This document shows, in pieces, positions 63,607 to 64,000 of a stretch of 64,000 nt of DNA. The position numbers were made by a program, and so were the translations under genes. The stretch comes from a virus: the IMG/VR virus record IMGVR_UViG_3300033545_000001, positions 32,001 through 96,000 of that record. One strand, 5' to 3'. Each line of letters opens with the position of its first letter. The first letter of the stretch is position 1. The notes beneath the pieces are model-generated. The model saw only the letters and a list, made by a program, of their open reading frames with translations, ran no database searches and had not been told where the DNA came from.

Positions 63607-64000
63607 ATGATGATAATCGAGCAAGCATCTACCATTAAGTGGACAGCTCATGCTTCTGTACACAAGTGGGATGTTGACCAGTACGATTGGCTAATTCGTA
63701 AGTATGGTCCTGATGCTGATATCATGCAGTACTTGGATCAGGTAAAGCCTTATGAAATTGTAGATGCTCCAGGTAACCTTCTCACTTATGTGGGATTGGC
63801 ATTTCTACTGTCTAACCTAACAGGTGTAACAACAACTACTTCATCTCAGCTACTTGCTAATGGCTACATGCCCATAGGAGTTGGAGATGGTGGAGGAACT
63901 GTCCCTACAGCGGCTGTAACAGACTCTGATCTTACAGCTTCTAGCAATAAGTACTATAATCCTATAGATGCTGCATATCCGGCTGTAGGAGCTGCTGGGG
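63607..64000 (+). CDS. Partial minor tail protein (runs off the window end)
   Basis: AGGAG before ATG; GNLLTYVG...IGVGDG...TDSDL pattern; open to the end. Confidence 0.7.
   Translation, partial: MMIIEQASTIKWTAHASVHKWDVDQYDWLIRKYGPDADIMQYLDQVKPYEIVDAPGNLLTYVGLAFLLSNLTGVTTTTSSQLLANGYMPIGVGDGGGTVPTAAVTDSDLTASSNKYYNPIDAAYPAVGAAG

Overview
This window is part of a large, moderately AT-rich tailed-phage genome. It is probably a siphovirus of an actinobacterial host: it has an Rpf-LysM gene, leaderless-type starts, a GGGAAAA tail-chaperone frameshift and a 2093-aa tape measure. Order along the window: a repeat-rich non-coding region (about 310-1400); small early ORFs; a minus-strand RNA repair pair (Rnl1-type ligase, Pnkp); a phage sigma factor; DnaB helicase; an Rpf gene with a structured leader; tRNA-Gln preceded by an unexplained structured RNA; a replication/recombination block (family A polymerase, beta clamp, DnaX/delta/delta-prime-like clamp loader, RecA, RuvC-like, split SbcC plus SbcD); a glycosyltransferase/methyltransferase/epimerase cluster; and the virion module (TerL, portal, Mu I-like protease with nested scaffold, decoration and capsid proteins, tail genes). 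There are two inteins: class 3 in DnaX and an HNH-containing one in the portal. Most notable: (1) four HNH/EndoVII genes or remnants are each flanked by a duplicated, mostly synonymously recoded copy of the neighbouring gene terminus; (2) a (C/T)CGAT motif sits just upstream of most late genes, matching a sigma28/WhiG-like -10 box, in two cases paired with RBS-occluding hairpins; (3) several putative head proteins share an N-terminal VELA-like motif. All calls come from reading motifs by eye; no database search was run.
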